From the human T2T-CHM13v2.0 reference genome, Homo sapiens: DNA of 64,000 nucleotides. Positions 1 through 16,337 of the stretch are shown here, in pieces. Made by a program: the position numbers and the translations under genes. The DNA is taken from assembly GCF_009914755.1 (NCBI RefSeq), contig NC_060925.1, one strand, 5' to 3'. The notes under the pieces were generated by a model, which made no database searches, was not told the DNA's origin, and saw nothing but the letters and a program-made list of their open reading frames with translations. Every line of letters starts with the position of its first letter. Position 1 is the first letter of the stretch.

Positions 1-1144
1 TTCACTCTACTTAACAGAGAAAACTACGGAAATATTTAATAACAAGTTTCATGTTTCTAATTTCAAAAAATATAAAAGTTTAATTTCTATATAATCTATG
101 CATTATCTGTTATAACCAAGAGAGTGTGGGGTACAGTCTGTATTAATTATACCCACACCCCAATCTATACCTCAGAGCTGAGGGACCACCATTTTATATC
201 TGAGGATGTCCAGTTCTGCAGTGGAGACGTTTGTTTTGTTGTTACTGTTTTTATTTTGTTTTTCAGAAAGTGACACATATAAGTGGTACCCATTATATAT
301 GTAAATGTAACCATTTACACTGCCCTTGGTATGGTAAGTGGTTACTGTGGCCCAGGAGATTCAAAAGCTGAGGATATAAAACGTTGATGCAGCAAGCAGA
401 GGACAGGTTTCTTTGCAGTGGAAATGAGCCAAACATTGACAAATAAGCACTTTTAATACTTCAGAATTTTGAACATTAAAGAGACAAGAGCAGGAGTTGA
501 AAACTTTGCAAAATGCAAAGCCCTAAACCTTCATTCTAGAAGTGTGTCAATTATAAGGAATTGAACAATTTCAAACTGGTTAACTGTTCTGCAAATCTGT
601 TGAAGTACTTCCTGGGAATTTCTTTCCTCATCAATGGTAGAGCTATTTCCATAGTGAGTTAGAGTGATACAATTTTAAAATACATGCAGTTGTGAATGTG
701 ATTATGCATTGTCTAAATCAAATAAAATATTGAGACACAGAACATGCTTTATAAAACTGGTACAGCATGTGTGGCTTTCATATAGACATATATGTCACAA
801 AGGTTACAACAAATTTTGAAAAAATAGTTGGAAAATATATGTATTTGGGCATTTTGATGGAAGCTTTTTACATAGAAAAAAAAGTACTTTTTCTCTCTAT
901 TCCTTAACATAAAAATCAATTTGCAGCAAGCTCACATACTTCAAGGAATAGCAATGATCCCTAAATATTTTAATGGGAATCAGCAGTAAATAAAAATGTT
1001 GAATATTATATTCATGAAGACTGGAGAGACTTTGAGCCAAATGAGAAATCATGTTTAATTTAGCACTGGGGTATCAGAATTAAGGGCCAGCTGATAAAAT
1101 TACCTACATCATTAATCAGATTAAGGAGAATTGTCTGAACATAT

Positions 1145-1292
1145 CAATTAATAGACAGATTATTGAAATAGTTGAGAAAAAAGAAAAAAAAAACCCTGAG
1201 AACCTGTTATATGTTGTCTACAAAACCAATGTAAATATAAAGATTTAGGCAGCTTAAAAATGAAGAGATGGAGAGAAACATACCATGTCAAC
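1145..1292 (+). mobile_element. Old L1M fragment (start of ORF2 endonuclease)
   Basis: Degenerate match to the L1 ORF2 N-terminus (tatatgttgtctacaaaa...atgaagagatggagagaaacataccatgtcaac, approximately ICCLQE...KGW..IYHAN). Confidence 0.6.
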
Positions 1293-1533
1293 CCTTGGTC
1301 ACGATTTATAATTCTTTTCATGTGTTGCTCAATTAGATTTGCAGGTATTTTGGAAAGGAATCTTGTGTCCAATTAATAGCACACATTGGTTTGTAATTTT
1401 CTTTTTTCTTGTGATGTCTTATCTGGTTTTGGTATCCAGGTAATATTAGTTTAATAGAATGAACTGGAAAATGCTCCCCTCGCTCCTATTTTTCTGACGT
1501 TTGTGAAGAATTGATGTAGTTTGTCTTTAAGTA

Positions 1534-2100
1534 CAATTACATGCTGCATAACAATGTTTTTATAATGACAGATCACTGATACAGCCCATGAGATTATAGT
1601 GGAGTGGAGGAATTCCTATCACCTAATGACTTTGTAGCTCTCTAACTGTTATAACACAATGATTTTTTTTAATAAATTTAATGTAGCCTAAGCATACAGT
1701 GTTTATAAAATCTACAGCAGCATGCAGTCATGTCCAAGGCCTTTACATTCACTTGCTATTTACTTGCTGACTCACCAGAGCAACTTCCAGTTGTGCAAGC
1801 TTTATTCATGGTAAGCGCCCTATACAGGTGTTTCATTTTTAATATTTTACTCTTTAATTTTACTCTACCTTTTTAATGTTTAGAAACGCAAATACCTACC
1901 TTTGTTTCACAATTGCCTAGAGTAGACTAACACACTGTACAGGTGTGTAGCCCAAGAGCAGTAAGCTATACAACATAGCTTAGGTGTGTAGTAGGCTATA
2001 CCATTTATGTTGGTATAGATACTCTGAAATGTTTGCAGAACAATGACATTGTCTAGCAATACATTTCTCAAAATGTCTCCTTGTTAAATGATACATGATG
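1534..2100 (+). mobile_element. Tigger3-family (Golem/MER7-like, about Tigger3c size) non-autonomous DNA transposon
   Basis: Degenerate TIRs: catgctgcataacaatgttt...cccatgagattata at the left end and atttctcaaaatgtctccttgttaaatgatacatga at the right end; TA at the left junction. Confidence 0.75.
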
Positions 2101-2369
2101 ATATTTGATAGAATTCTCTAATGAAATCTGGTGCTAAGCTTTGTTGGTATTTTTTGATAACTAATTTAATCTCTTTACTTGTAGGTCTATTCAGGTCATT
2201 TACTTCTTCTGTCAGTTCTGGTTGTTTACATATTTTTAAAAATTTGCCCATTTAAGTTGTCTAATTCATTGGAATACAGTTTTCAATAACATTTCTTTAT
2301 AATCATTTTTATTGCCGTAAGATTAGGAGTAATTTCTCCTTTTTCATATCTGATTTTATTAATGGTGTT

Positions 2370-2746
2370 TATTATGATATGAATATTTCCATCCCCTCTA
2401 AATTCATGTATGAGAAGCTTAATCCCTAATCCAACAGTGTTGGGAGGTGGGACCAAATGTGAACTGTTTAGGTCATGAAAACTCTACCTTGAATGGATTA
2501 ATGCGGCTATAAAAAAGGATTCCCTCTCTTCCATTCTTTTGCCTTGTGAGGAATACTGTTCCTGCCCTCCAGAAGACTCAGCATTCAAGGTATCATCTTC
2601 GAAGTGGAGACCAGGTTTCCACGAGACCACCTATTGGCACTTTGATCTTGGACATCTTCAATATGTCCTGTGAAAAATAAATGTCTGTTCTTTCAAATTA
2701 CCCAGACTCAGTATTCTGTTATAGCAACACAAAATGGTCTAAGGCA
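2370..2746 (+). mobile_element. MaLR solo LTR (MSTC/MSTD-like)
   Basis: Typical MST end (aataaatgtctgttc...tattctgttatagcaacacaaaatggtctaaggca); 5-bp TSD GTGTT at 2365-2369 and 2747-2751. Confidence 0.8.
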
Positions 2747-5183
2747 GTGTTCAGAACATATTTTATACTATTTCTGTTCTTTTAAATTTAGAGATTTGCT
2801 TTATGTCCTAGCATTTGGTCTGTCCTGGTTAAAATTCTGCCATTTGATGGGGCATTCTATACATGTTATTACATATTTAAATGTTACAAACCCAACAATA
2901 CATTGTTACAGTTATTATTTTCTGTAATTTTATATTTATTAAAGGATATAATTTAAGAAAGGAACTATACAATGACAGCTGTTGGTATGTTAATCTTATC
3001 ATTCTGGCTCTTTTCATTTGTTTCTGGAGATTCAAGTTACCATGAGTATTAGATAATTTACCCCAATATAGCTTTGCTCCAATCCAATTTCTGTGTTGTT
3101 ATTGTGCAATATATTACTTTTCTATATGTTATATGCTTAACAATATATCATATGCATATTATTCTACACAATAATGGCTCTTTAAATCAGTTAAAACAAG
3201 AAAAAATCTGCATTTATTTGTCTTCTGCAATTATATAATTACATTTACTGTTTCTTTTTCTTTTCTTGTATGAGTTAAAATTATTTTCCAGAGTCTCTTA
3301 ATTTCAGCCTGAAGAACAACATTTAGTATTTCCTGTAAAGTCAGCATGCACCAACAGAATCCATTTATTCTTTCAGTTTTTGTTTTTCTGGGAATGTCTT
3401 TAATTTATCTTTTTTTTTTTCTTTTAAAGAAGCTTTTTTGAATGCAGAATTCTTTGTTGAGTCTCTTTTTTGACCCCGTTGAACATTTTAAATGTGTTAT
3501 TCCTCCGCATTGTGTTCTTTGTTTTTGATGAAAGCTAGCTGTTAATCTTCCTTTGTGATTAGTCATTTTACTTATGCTTCTTTCAAGTTTTACTTCTTAT
3601 CTTTGGCTTTCAGCATTTTTACTGTGATGTGTCTATTTGAGTTTCTTCCTTTCTTTCTCTTCTCTCCTGCTATTCTTATTATGCATGTTGGTACACTTAA
3701 TGGTGTCCACATTTCTCTGATCATTTGTTCATTTATCTTCATTCTTTTGTGTGTGTGTGTTCCTTAGACTGTATAATCGATATCAATCTATCTTCCAGTT
3801 CATGAATTCTTTCTTCTGTCAGTTTAAATCTATTCATGAAGTCCCCAGTAAATTTTCATTCATTATTGTATTTATCAACTTGAGAATTTCTACTTATTCC
3901 TTTTTTGAAATTTATCTTTGTTGATCTTCTCAATTTGATAATACATTATAATTATACCTTTCTTTAACTGTGGTTTCTTTTGGCTCTTTGAATGTATTAA
4001 CAATGGCTACATTGATGTCTTTGTCTTCTAAATTCAATATGCAGTTTCTCTAATAGGCAGTTCTATTGCCTGATGTTTTTATCTGTCATATGGTTCAAAC
4101 TTTCCTTTTTCTCTTCTTTCTTTATTATTTTTTTGCATGTCTTGTAATTTCTGTTAAAAACTGGATATCTTAGAAAATATATTTTAGCAAATCTGAATAT
4201 TGCTCTACACCCACTCCCAACCTGGGTCTTCGTATTGTTATCAGCTTGTTCACTTTTTATTGTCTGGCTGGGTTATTTTAGAGAAGTTCATTTTTCCAAT
4301 GTATTGTGAAGCCTCTGATGTTTTTCCTCAATGGATATAGCTTCATGTGTAACTACAGTTACATTGGGACAACAGTGGTTTCAGGAGGATTATCTTTGAT
4401 TCTATCCTCTCATTGACCATACCCAGCTGTTACATTCCATTACTTCCTGGCTGATTGTGCTATTGCTTTCCACAATATTCTTAGAGAATAAATTGCTTCA
4501 CAGATGACTCTAATCAAATTAGAGTTATCTAATAAGAACAGAATCTCACCCATCTCCATGCTATAACTGTATAGATAAATTGTTATTAATATAAATTCTA
4601 CTGTAAAAATCTCAAATACTATATAATTTACGGAAAGCCCCTCAATATCTGTCAGTCCCCTCATTATCCATAATATTACTTTAATTTCAGGAAAAAACTA
4701 ATTTATTTTATAATTTCTGTGATATTTTTCTATATTTGCTCAAGTCTGCCATGCTACGCTTTGCATTGTCTAACAAAAATAGAAAACAAGAGAATAGTAT
4801 TATTGGTCTTAATTTCAATTAAAATTGTCTTGGTTACTGCCTCAGTTTTTGAATTTGCATCTAGCCTATTCCAGGCTAGTAGTATTTAATTGGATACACA
4901 TATCATTTTACCTATGGAATCAAAACAAAACAAAAACAAACAAAAATGGCAGATGTCTAGGTCATACCCCACACCTGCTGAATATCTATATCATTGTATA
5001 TTCTTAGAATACACATGATATACTCTTTATATATTATATTTTATGTTCATGGACTGTTACATATATCAAGTTATTTTTCTCTCAGTTATGTTTATTCTTT
5101 TATTATAAGATATAACATTCAATTATTACTTTGAGAATAGATTCAATCATTCCTTGTAAATATTTTGTCTAATTATTTTTGAA

Positions 5184-5547
5184 TTTATTTTATTTTATTT
5201 ATTATTATTATTTAAGTTCTAGGGCACATGTGCACAATGTACAGGTTTGTTACATAGGTATACAATTGCCATTTACATTAGGTATTTCTCCTAACGCTAT
5301 CCCTCCCCTACCCCCCACCCCCAACAGGCCCCGGTGTGTGATGTTCCCCTCCCTGTGACCATGTGTTCTCATTTTTCAACTCCCACTTATGAGTGAGAAC
5401 ATGTGGTGTTTGGTTTTCTGTCCTTGTGATAGTTTGCTGAGAATGATAGTCTCTAGCTTCATCCATGTCCCTGCAAAGGACATGAACTCATCCTTTTTTA
5501 TGGCTGCAAAGTATTCCATGGTGTATATGTGCCACATTTTCTTTATT
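5184..5547 (-). mobile_element. L1PA (L1PA7/8-like) 3' end, 5'-truncated
   Basis: T-rich tail followed by antisense L1PA 3'UTR; ORF 5376-5684 contains the L1 ORF2 C-terminus ([38 protein letters not shown]). Confidence 0.9.
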
Positions 5548-6049
5548 GGATTGATTTTATTATCTCTGTTTACTGTTCCAGGGATGTATCCATATTTTGT
5601 TTTTAATTGAATATTTGTAAGTTTCTGCCTTAAAAACCTGGAAAAAGCAAACTGTTTAAAATAAGCAAAATAATGAAAGTACATTATATCAAAAAAATTG
5701 CATAAATCAGTGTTTGTTTTTTAAAAAGATAAAAAATGGAAGTCTCTTTCTGGCAGAAAAAAATAAAGTAGAAAAGAATAAATGGAACTATATACCACTA
5801 ATATCAGAAATGGTAAAGGAGATCTCACTACTGGCATTGCAGAAATTAAAAGATGTGTGAGAAAGTTTAATAAATAGCTAAGCAAATATAAAATATTAGT
5901 AGCAATAATAATGAGCAAATTTAAAAATTTAGAGAAAAAGAAATTTCCTAAAGATACAAGTCACCAAAAGTGGTTCTAAAACAAACAGAAAATAAACAAA
6001 GGCCTAAGTAAGAAGACTGAATTTGTAATTAAAAAATAAAAATAAAAAT

Positions 6050-6354
6050 AAGCTGAATGCAGTGGCAGATGCCTGAAACCGAACATTTTTGGAGGCTGAG
6101 GTGAGAGGATTGCTGAGGCCAGGTGTTTAGAGACCAATCTGGACAACATAGCAAGTCCTGACTCTGCTAAAAGTAAAATTAAGCCAGATGTGATTTCGTG
6201 CACCTGTAGCCTTAGCTATTCAGAAAGTGGTGGTGGGAGGATCACTTGAGCCTAAGAGTTCAATGCTGCAGTGAGCTATGATCTTGCCACTGCACCCCAG
6301 CCTGGGGGAAAGAATTGAGACCCTTTCTCAAAAACAACAACAACAACAACAACA
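6050..6354 (+). mobile_element. AluJ (full dimer, (CAA)n tail) inserted in L1M
   Basis: Two diverged Alu arms with J-type diagnostics (ggatcacttgagcctaagagttcaatgctgcagtgagctatgat). Confidence 0.85.
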
Positions 6355-6413
6355 CTTTCCACAAATAAAATCAAAGTCTTAGGTGGTATTATTCATGTTT
6401 TATTTCAGCTAGT

Positions 6414-6494
6414 TATATATACATATATATGTATTTATATATGTGTATATATATGTATGTATATGTGTATATATACATACATATATATACATAC
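6414..6494. repeat. (TA)n/(TATG)n simple repeat
   Basis: Visible alternating TA/TG/CA tract. Confidence 0.85.
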
Positions 6495-9400
6495 AAATTT
6501 TTACAAGAACTTTTAGCAAATAGAATACCTCAACTCCTTCTGTGAAACCACTGTTATCCCCAATACCAAAGCCATAAAAAGATACCTCATTTAAAGAAAA
6601 AACATTATGACCAATACGTCTCAGTAATACAGATACAAAAAGTCCTTAAAATATTAGCAAAAGATGAATTAGACTAATGTAGAAATACAAAATGTATTAG
6701 CATTCAAAATTCATTCAATGTTAAAAAAATTCATTCAATGTTGTATATAATAGTAAAAGACAAAAGAGCAAAAACCGCATGGTTAGTGCTATAGATGCAT
6801 AAAAAGAATTTGCCAAAATCTAAAAGCCACTGATGATAAAACTTCTCAACAAACTACTATTAAATCGGGTCTTCTTCCACTTGACAAAATGTGTCTACCA
6901 AAACATATATCATGCTAAATGATGAAAGACTTATTTATTTTTCCTTAAAATTGGGACTAATTTAAGGTGCCCACTTTTGGCATTTTGTCAGTATAGAAAG
7001 TTTTACCTGTGATGTTTGAAGATAAGTTCAAGCACTTAAATTGAAACAAGGAAGAAAAACTATTAGGATTTCCAAACATGATACTCCAAGGAGTTTACAA
7101 AAGGAAAAATACCAGAAGGAATAAAATGCTTTAGGAAGGTCACAGGATACTAGATCAATATACATAAGGAAATTGCATTTTATAAACTAAAAACAAAACT
7201 CTGAAAAAGGAAATTAAGAGAAAATTTATCATTTATAATAACAGCAAAGAAAACAATAAAATAATATAAATAATAATGAATATTTAGAAATATACTTAGC
7301 AAAAATGTGCGGAAGATGTACACTAAAAACATTGTGAGGAAATCGAAGATCTGAATAAATGAAAATGTCAATTCTCCCAAACTGATCTAATTCCAACATA
7401 TTTCCCATGAAATACCTAGCCTACTTTCTTTTCTAGAAACTTACTTGATGATACTAAAGTTTATAGGGGTAAGCAAAGAACCTACAACAGACAATACAAT
7501 TTTTTAAAAGAAGAAGAGTGCTAGAGAACTTACATTTCTGTATTGTACAATTTACTATAAACCCATAGCAATCAAGAGTGTGGTATTGATGTCAAGATGT
7601 GATAGAATTGAGTCCAGAAATAAATCTTAACATTTATGGTCAATTGAATTTGACAAAGATACAGGATAATTCAACAGATCGAGAATAAGTCTTTATAACA
7701 AGTAGTTTTTAGACAACTGAATATCTAAAAGCAAATAAATGAAATAGTAGTTTTAATTCAAACCATGCATGAAAATATCTAAAAATCGATCATAGATTGA
7801 TGTATAATAGTTAAAACCATAAAATTTCTAAAAGAAAACATTAAGACTTTTTTTAAATTTAGGGCTAGACAAAGATTTTTTAAATATAATACCAAGTGCA
7901 TTATCTATTTAAAAAAACAGAAAATTGGAGTTTATCAAATTAAAAGTGTTTTCCACTGCAAAAAAGATACCATTAAGAAAATGAAAGGGCAAATTGCAAA
8001 ATAAGAAAAATTAATTGCGAATTATACCAGATAAAGGATTTGTATCCAGAATTTATAAGGAAGAAGAGCAGATAGGTAAAATCTCAAATAAAATTTGAAC
8101 ACAAATTTGCAAAGACATTTCACTAAAGAAGGTATATTAGTGATAAATAGTCATACGACAAGATGTACAACAATATTATTCATATTTGAAATGTGCATTG
8201 AAACCACAATGAAATACTTTACACCTGTTAGAAGGACTATAAGGGGAGAAAAAGCTTTGGCTATCATAGGAAAGCAAAACCAAAAACCTTTTACTGGTGG
8301 AAATGCAAAATGGTAGTCATTTTGAAAACGTTTTACAACTATTTAAAAAGTTAAAAAAAAATATGACCCAGTCATTCTACATCTAGCAATCTTAGAAAAT
8401 AAATTATATATATATTTATATATAGTTTATATTCATAGCATCATTATTTATAAAAGACAAAACATTGAAAGAATAAAATGATTTATGAACTGGTAAATTG
8501 ATAAATACTATACGGCGTGTACTTGCAGAATACTATTCAGAAATAACAGGAATACACTACTGATATATGCTACAACAGGGATGTGCCTCCAAAGCATTAT
8601 GCTAAATGAAACACACCAGACTCAACAGATTGAATATTGTATGATTCCATTCATATAAAATGTCCACAAAAGGCAAATTTGTGAAGACAAGAGTTCAGTG
8701 GTTGCCTAGGGCTCAGTGTGGGAGTAAGTATTAATTCCAGAAGGGTTCAGGGAACAATTTAGGGGTGATGAGAATATTCTAAAACTGCATTTTGGTGATA
8801 GATGCACAAAACTATACATTTACTAAAAATCATATATTAATGTATTTACAATGGGTAAAATGTATGTTATATAAATTATACCTCAATAATGTTGTCAAAA
8901 ACTTAATTTTGCAATGTTGCAATATGATATAGCTGTAGATTTTATTTCATAAAACAAAATAATCCAAATTAGGAAAGTCACCGCTGGTAATAGTCTAAGT
9001 AGTTTTACGAAAAGGGTTTGGTAGTGTGCTTTTTCCATGTTGTTTAAGGTGAATTGAGAGACAGTAGACAAAAGAACTTTCATCCCCAAAATAAAATGTT
9101 AACATCACTGATATATTTTACTCTATAGTCTATATTAATGCTCTTTCATGTGTAAAATTTAATAAAACAAAATTTTCTAAGTCAATAGCAAACTTCAAAT
9201 CCCCATTCTTAAAAGTTTACTTTCATTTAACTTTATTCACTATTTTCAAAATTCCCCAAATGACATTCAACTATAATAAAGTAAACACATATGTTAGCAA
9301 AATAATATTTAAACAATAATGTTGCAAGATAGTTGGAAATTTAATCAACATTCTTAAAATCGGATCAATGAATTGTACTTAAATATACTGTCTGATATTT

Positions 9401-10158
9401 ATCTCATCTTGTGCATATGTGTGGCCTGTAACTATTCTATTGGAATAGAAAAATATTATTTATATCCTTATTAAATTAGAAAAGCTCACTGCTTTGGGGA
9501 ATTCTGTATATATTAGTTTCTGAGCCTACTTGCTATCAATAGGTAGAATCTTCCTCGTTGATTTTTAATATTCATGTATAACTGCTAATCTGAATATTTT
9601 CTATCCAAATCAAAAGCATAACTAAGCCAGTTTACTACTTTAGGACTAATTAAGCTTTTCATTAAAAAAAATCGTGAAATTTCTAGATATGGAAGCTTGG
9701 ACAATATATTATATCTAAGACTCTATTTTCACATCTTTAAAATCAATATTAATTCCTGTTGTGATAAAATAAGACAAAGTTAATATATGTTGCTCAATAA
9801 CTGGGCATAATTATAATTGCTCAGTAACCAGTAAGCTTTTCTTGCTTTCTTTTTTGTCTGAGAGTTCTAGTTATATCTATTAAAATAACCCAAACTTTTA
9901 GAATATATTATTTTAATGATACATATGAGATTGGGTATTATAAAGTAGATGCACTTTTAAATGTGAGGATAGGCAAAATCTGTCCAGGGCACTGCTCTTA
10001 TGAAAAAGGCAAAGGGAAAGACTCTTTACCCACATAATCAATCGGAAGTGTAGGGAATGGACTCAGGTAAAAATTAATTAATGAGAAAGACACATAAAGT
10101 TTTGCAGGACTTAAGAAATACACTATATGACTCTGTGGAAGTTTCATCTGTTATTTTC

Positions 10159-10848
<690 letters not shown>

Positions 10849-11659
10849 CTCTTTTGCTTAACATGCCTTAAGGAATACTAAAAATTCCATTTATCTATTA
10901 CTAAGTCCTCAAATGTTTACCAAAAGTGTCCAAAAGCCAACTTTACTTAGTTCAATATAAACTTTGTAAACTACAGTTCTTATCCATTTTAGATCCTTGA
11001 TCAACTATTTAAATTACATTTAAACAATTCCTTATTTATCTTCAGAATACTCATGGTTATCCAATTTCTCATTTTTTGCTTCCCAAGACCTTTTTGTTTT
11101 TTTAACAGAAAACCTTTGGATGAAATTACTAATATGTTTACCACAAAGAGGGTGAAAATTTAATTTCTCAGAGGATGATTCCACTCCATCGACAAAACTC
11201 AATATTTATATTTGATTACACCGAATAAACTTTGAGGCTAATCATGACAAAAAGTAGCAGAACACTATGAACAATTCATTTCCCTCAGTCATATGTCTGC
11301 CTCTTCATTTCTAACAGATAGCAAGAACAATTAATGCGTTAATGAGACCTAGGCAATTTGGCATTAACTTTATTATTGCTAATGGGAATTATTTTTAATA
11401 TACTGTATTATGCCATTTTAAATCTTCTGCATCTCTTTTCAAACCCAATTTAATTTTTTAAAGCAACCTAAAATAATAACATATAAGCAGAATTACCTTC
11501 ATTCTATCCAATATATGTCACACTGCTTGCCTCCAATTGTCTTATTTTTACCGTTTTCCTTAATAAGATGATGATGATAATAAAAATGATAATCCTGGTG
11601 ATGATGACAGTAATAATTACTAATTATTACTACTAATAAAGTTAATTGCCAAATGTCCT

Positions 11660-11840
11660 GGCATTTCCTCATGCCAGGAAATGTTTAACTTTGTTAAAAT
11701 AGTAATTATTATAGTAACTAATTTGATCCTCTAACGCTCTGTGATAAATCCTCTTTTTTTGGATGAGGAAAATCAAGCAAAGCAGTGTTATTACTTGTAA
11801 AAGATCACACAGAGCAGAGATTCAGACACAGTTACTCTTG
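11660..11840 (-). mobile_element. MIR fragment
   Basis: MIR core-like ggatgaggaaaatcaagc...ttacttgtaaaagatcacacag...gattcagacacag. Confidence 0.55.
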
Positions 11841-12661
11841 CTTTATATTTACCAATATTAGCAAAGAAATTCTAAAATCCACTCTATAGGTATCAATTTT
11901 TATCACCTTGTTATGAAATTGCTACCTGAGACATTCTGTCATCATGCCTTCCCTTAGTTAGATATGACTTCTTCCTTCAAACACCCATAAAATGTTATCT
12001 CTTTTGTAACACTTAATATAAAACATTTATGTGTTATTCATGATTTACATTATTATCCCCCTCATAATATTCCTAGCCCTTTAATATATGTACATGCATA
12101 CATGAAATATATATTAAGTTCCTTTGGGTCAGTAACTATAAAAAGTCCCCTTGGGAGCTTACTCATGATTACAGATTTCAGAGCAATAAACAGCAGATGT
12201 GACAAGTAGAAAATTAAAGCAGGCACAGATGCTCCATTGTCTGGGAGTACATCATGGTTTCTAGAGCGGATGGTGATAGAAGAAAGGTTTCGCTCTGTAT
12301 AGATAGGAAGAAGAAGGCATAGGAAGAGTTAAATATGTGGCTGTCAAGAGAGAAATGTGGGCTCTGTTATTTGCTGTAGGACAACAGACCTTGCAGTAAC
12401 AAACAGACAAGCTCAGGTTTAACATTAAGGACATTTTTCAGGTAGGAGGACTTAAGTCAGCTGTCATTAGTTCAGAGTTCAGAGTCATTACTTAGAAATA
12501 TAGTTCAGGTAGAACAAGGTCATGAACAGATTTTAAAAGTAGGAAAATAAATAAGGTATTCTCTTCTATAACTAAAGGACTGACAACAAAACAAGGCCTA
12601 AACCCAATTACTAGGATCAGAGTATAAGCAGTGTCCCAGTGTCTTTAAGAATGGCCTAGTA

Positions 12662-13390
12662 TTTATTTTTTTCTTTTTTTAAATTATGCTTTAAGTTTTA
12701 GGGTATATGTGCACAACGTGCAGGTTTATTACATATGTATACATGTGCCATGTTGGTGTGCTGCACCTATTAACTCGTCATTTATATTAGGTATATCTCC
12801 TAATGCTATCCCTCCCTGCTCCCCCCACCCCACAACAGGCCCCGGTGTGTGATGTTCCCCTTCCTGTGTCCCAGTGTTCTCATTTTTCAATTCCCACCTG
12901 TGAGTGAGAACACGCAGTGTTTGTTTTTTTGTCCTTGCGAGAGTTTGCTGAGAATGCTGGTTTCCAGATTCACCCATGTCCCTACAAAGGACATGAACTC
13001 ATCCTTTTTTATGGCTGCATAGTATTCCATGTGTATATGTGCCACATTTTCTCCATCCAGTCTATCACTGATGGACATTTGGGTTGGTTCCAAGTCTTTG
13101 CTATTGTGAATAGTGCCGCAATAAACATACATGTGCATGTGTCTTTGTAATCCTTTGGGTATATACCCAGTAATGGGATGGCTGGGTCAAATGGTATTTC
13201 TAGTTCTAGATCCTTGAGGAATTGCCACACTGTCTTCCACAATGGTTGAACTAGTTTACAGTCCCACCAACAGTGTAAAAGTGTTCCTATTTCTCCACAT
13301 CCTCTCCAGCACCTGTTGTTTCCTGACTTTTTAATGATTGCCATTCTAACTGGTGTGAGATGGCATCTCATTGTGCTTTGGATTTGCATT
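12662..13390 (-). mobile_element. L1PA (L1PA4-6-like), 5'-truncated ~730 bp
   Basis: Antisense 3'UTR and ORF2 C-terminus (ORF 13009-13389, [21 protein letters not shown]...); 17-bp TSD TTAAGAATG(G/A)CCTAGTA at 12645-12661 and 13389-13405. Confidence 0.95.
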
Positions 13391-13514
13391 AAGAATGACC
13401 TAGTAATTCAACCTGAGATAGTAACCTAGGATTTCTTAATTCCCTCTGAATGATTCAAGGCAACCTCTGGAACCTAGTAGATGGACTGATCCTAGAGCTC
13501 CGAATAAAGTCTCA

Positions 13515-15093
<1,579 letters not shown>

Positions 15094-15840
15094 GAAAATC
15101 CTTAGGTGAAGTCCCCCAAGATGTCGCTGCCTAAGATCCCAGAGAAAATGCCTGCTTATGTTTATATTGGAAAGGCCTGTACCTATCACCCACAAGACCT
15201 TGGAGTGGTAAAAATAAGAGGTTGTTGAATTGTTGCAGAATTTTGTAAAACTTTTTAAATAATTTAAAGACAATATCAGCTGGTTGTAGAAAATATGGCA
15301 AAATTAGAAACACTTATTGAAAAAATTATTGTACATTATCAACATTAGAAGATGTAATTGGTTAATTTTCTTCCAGATTAATATATATATATATATATAT
15401 ATTTTAAAAAGTCTCAATTGTTAGCACAGTAGAGCTTTGAGGAGTAGAGTTGGTCAGATTACTTCAAACAAATCTTATAAAGTTGTATTAAACATTCATT
15501 TCCTTAATACTTTAAAATAGCACCTAGGATAAAGCAGAGATTTTTTTTTTAAGGTTGAATTGCACCAACGTGAATTTAAAAAGTAAATATCACTGAGAAT
15601 AAACTTGCAATTCCTTTCTAATGTATTTTTTATTTCACATTTTATAAATATGAGCTTGGAGTAAAATACTTTTTGATCTTCATGTCTTATGCTTTTGAAC
15701 ACCTCAATTCTATCTCATCTTGCCCCAAACGTTTCAGTCTCAATTTTTCTCACGTTTGGCCACATGAAATTGACATTAAAGCCAGGGAAACACATCTTGT
15801 ATCATTTACACTTAGTATTTCTATAATAAGAAATCATACA

Positions 15841-16151
<311 letters not shown>

Positions 16152-16337
16152 TCATACTAAGTGTAATACTTTTTCTTAAGGTAAGGAAAAAATGTCCATG
16201 AATGAAATAATCTTCTTTTACTCTTTCCAATGCACCCAATAAAGTTATTGCAATATCTTTTTTAACAAACAAGCAAGCATATAAGACTATTTATTTCAAA
16301 TTTTATTTCAATTTTTCTTAGTATTTTAAAATAGTAT

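Larger units (their letters stand above)
1293..4560 (-). mobile_element. Old L1M LINE (ORF2 RT back to ORF1/5' region), fragmented, interrupted by Tigger3 and MST
   Basis: Antisense L1 motifs, e.g. ccttggtcacgatttataattctttt and tctggttttggtatccagggtaata; ORF1-like T-rich antisense tracts at 3290-4200. Confidence 0.7.
5690..8900 (+). mobile_element. Old L1M (L1ME1-like) ORF2 remnant plus 3'UTR
   Basis: Degenerate ORF2 motifs throughout; 3' end ggggtgatgagaatattctaaaactg...aaattatacctcaataa is typical of L1ME1/L1MB. Confidence 0.8.

Noticed and set aside
124-158. Short hairpin gtgtggggta...tacccacac
   Set aside because: A 9-bp imperfect stem is expected by chance in 64 kb, and there are no ncRNA hallmarks.
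13424-13437. Inverted similarity between acctaggatttctt and aagaaaatccttaggt (15092-15107) as an L1 TSD
   Set aside because: Wrong orientation for a TSD and needs two gaps; likely chance.
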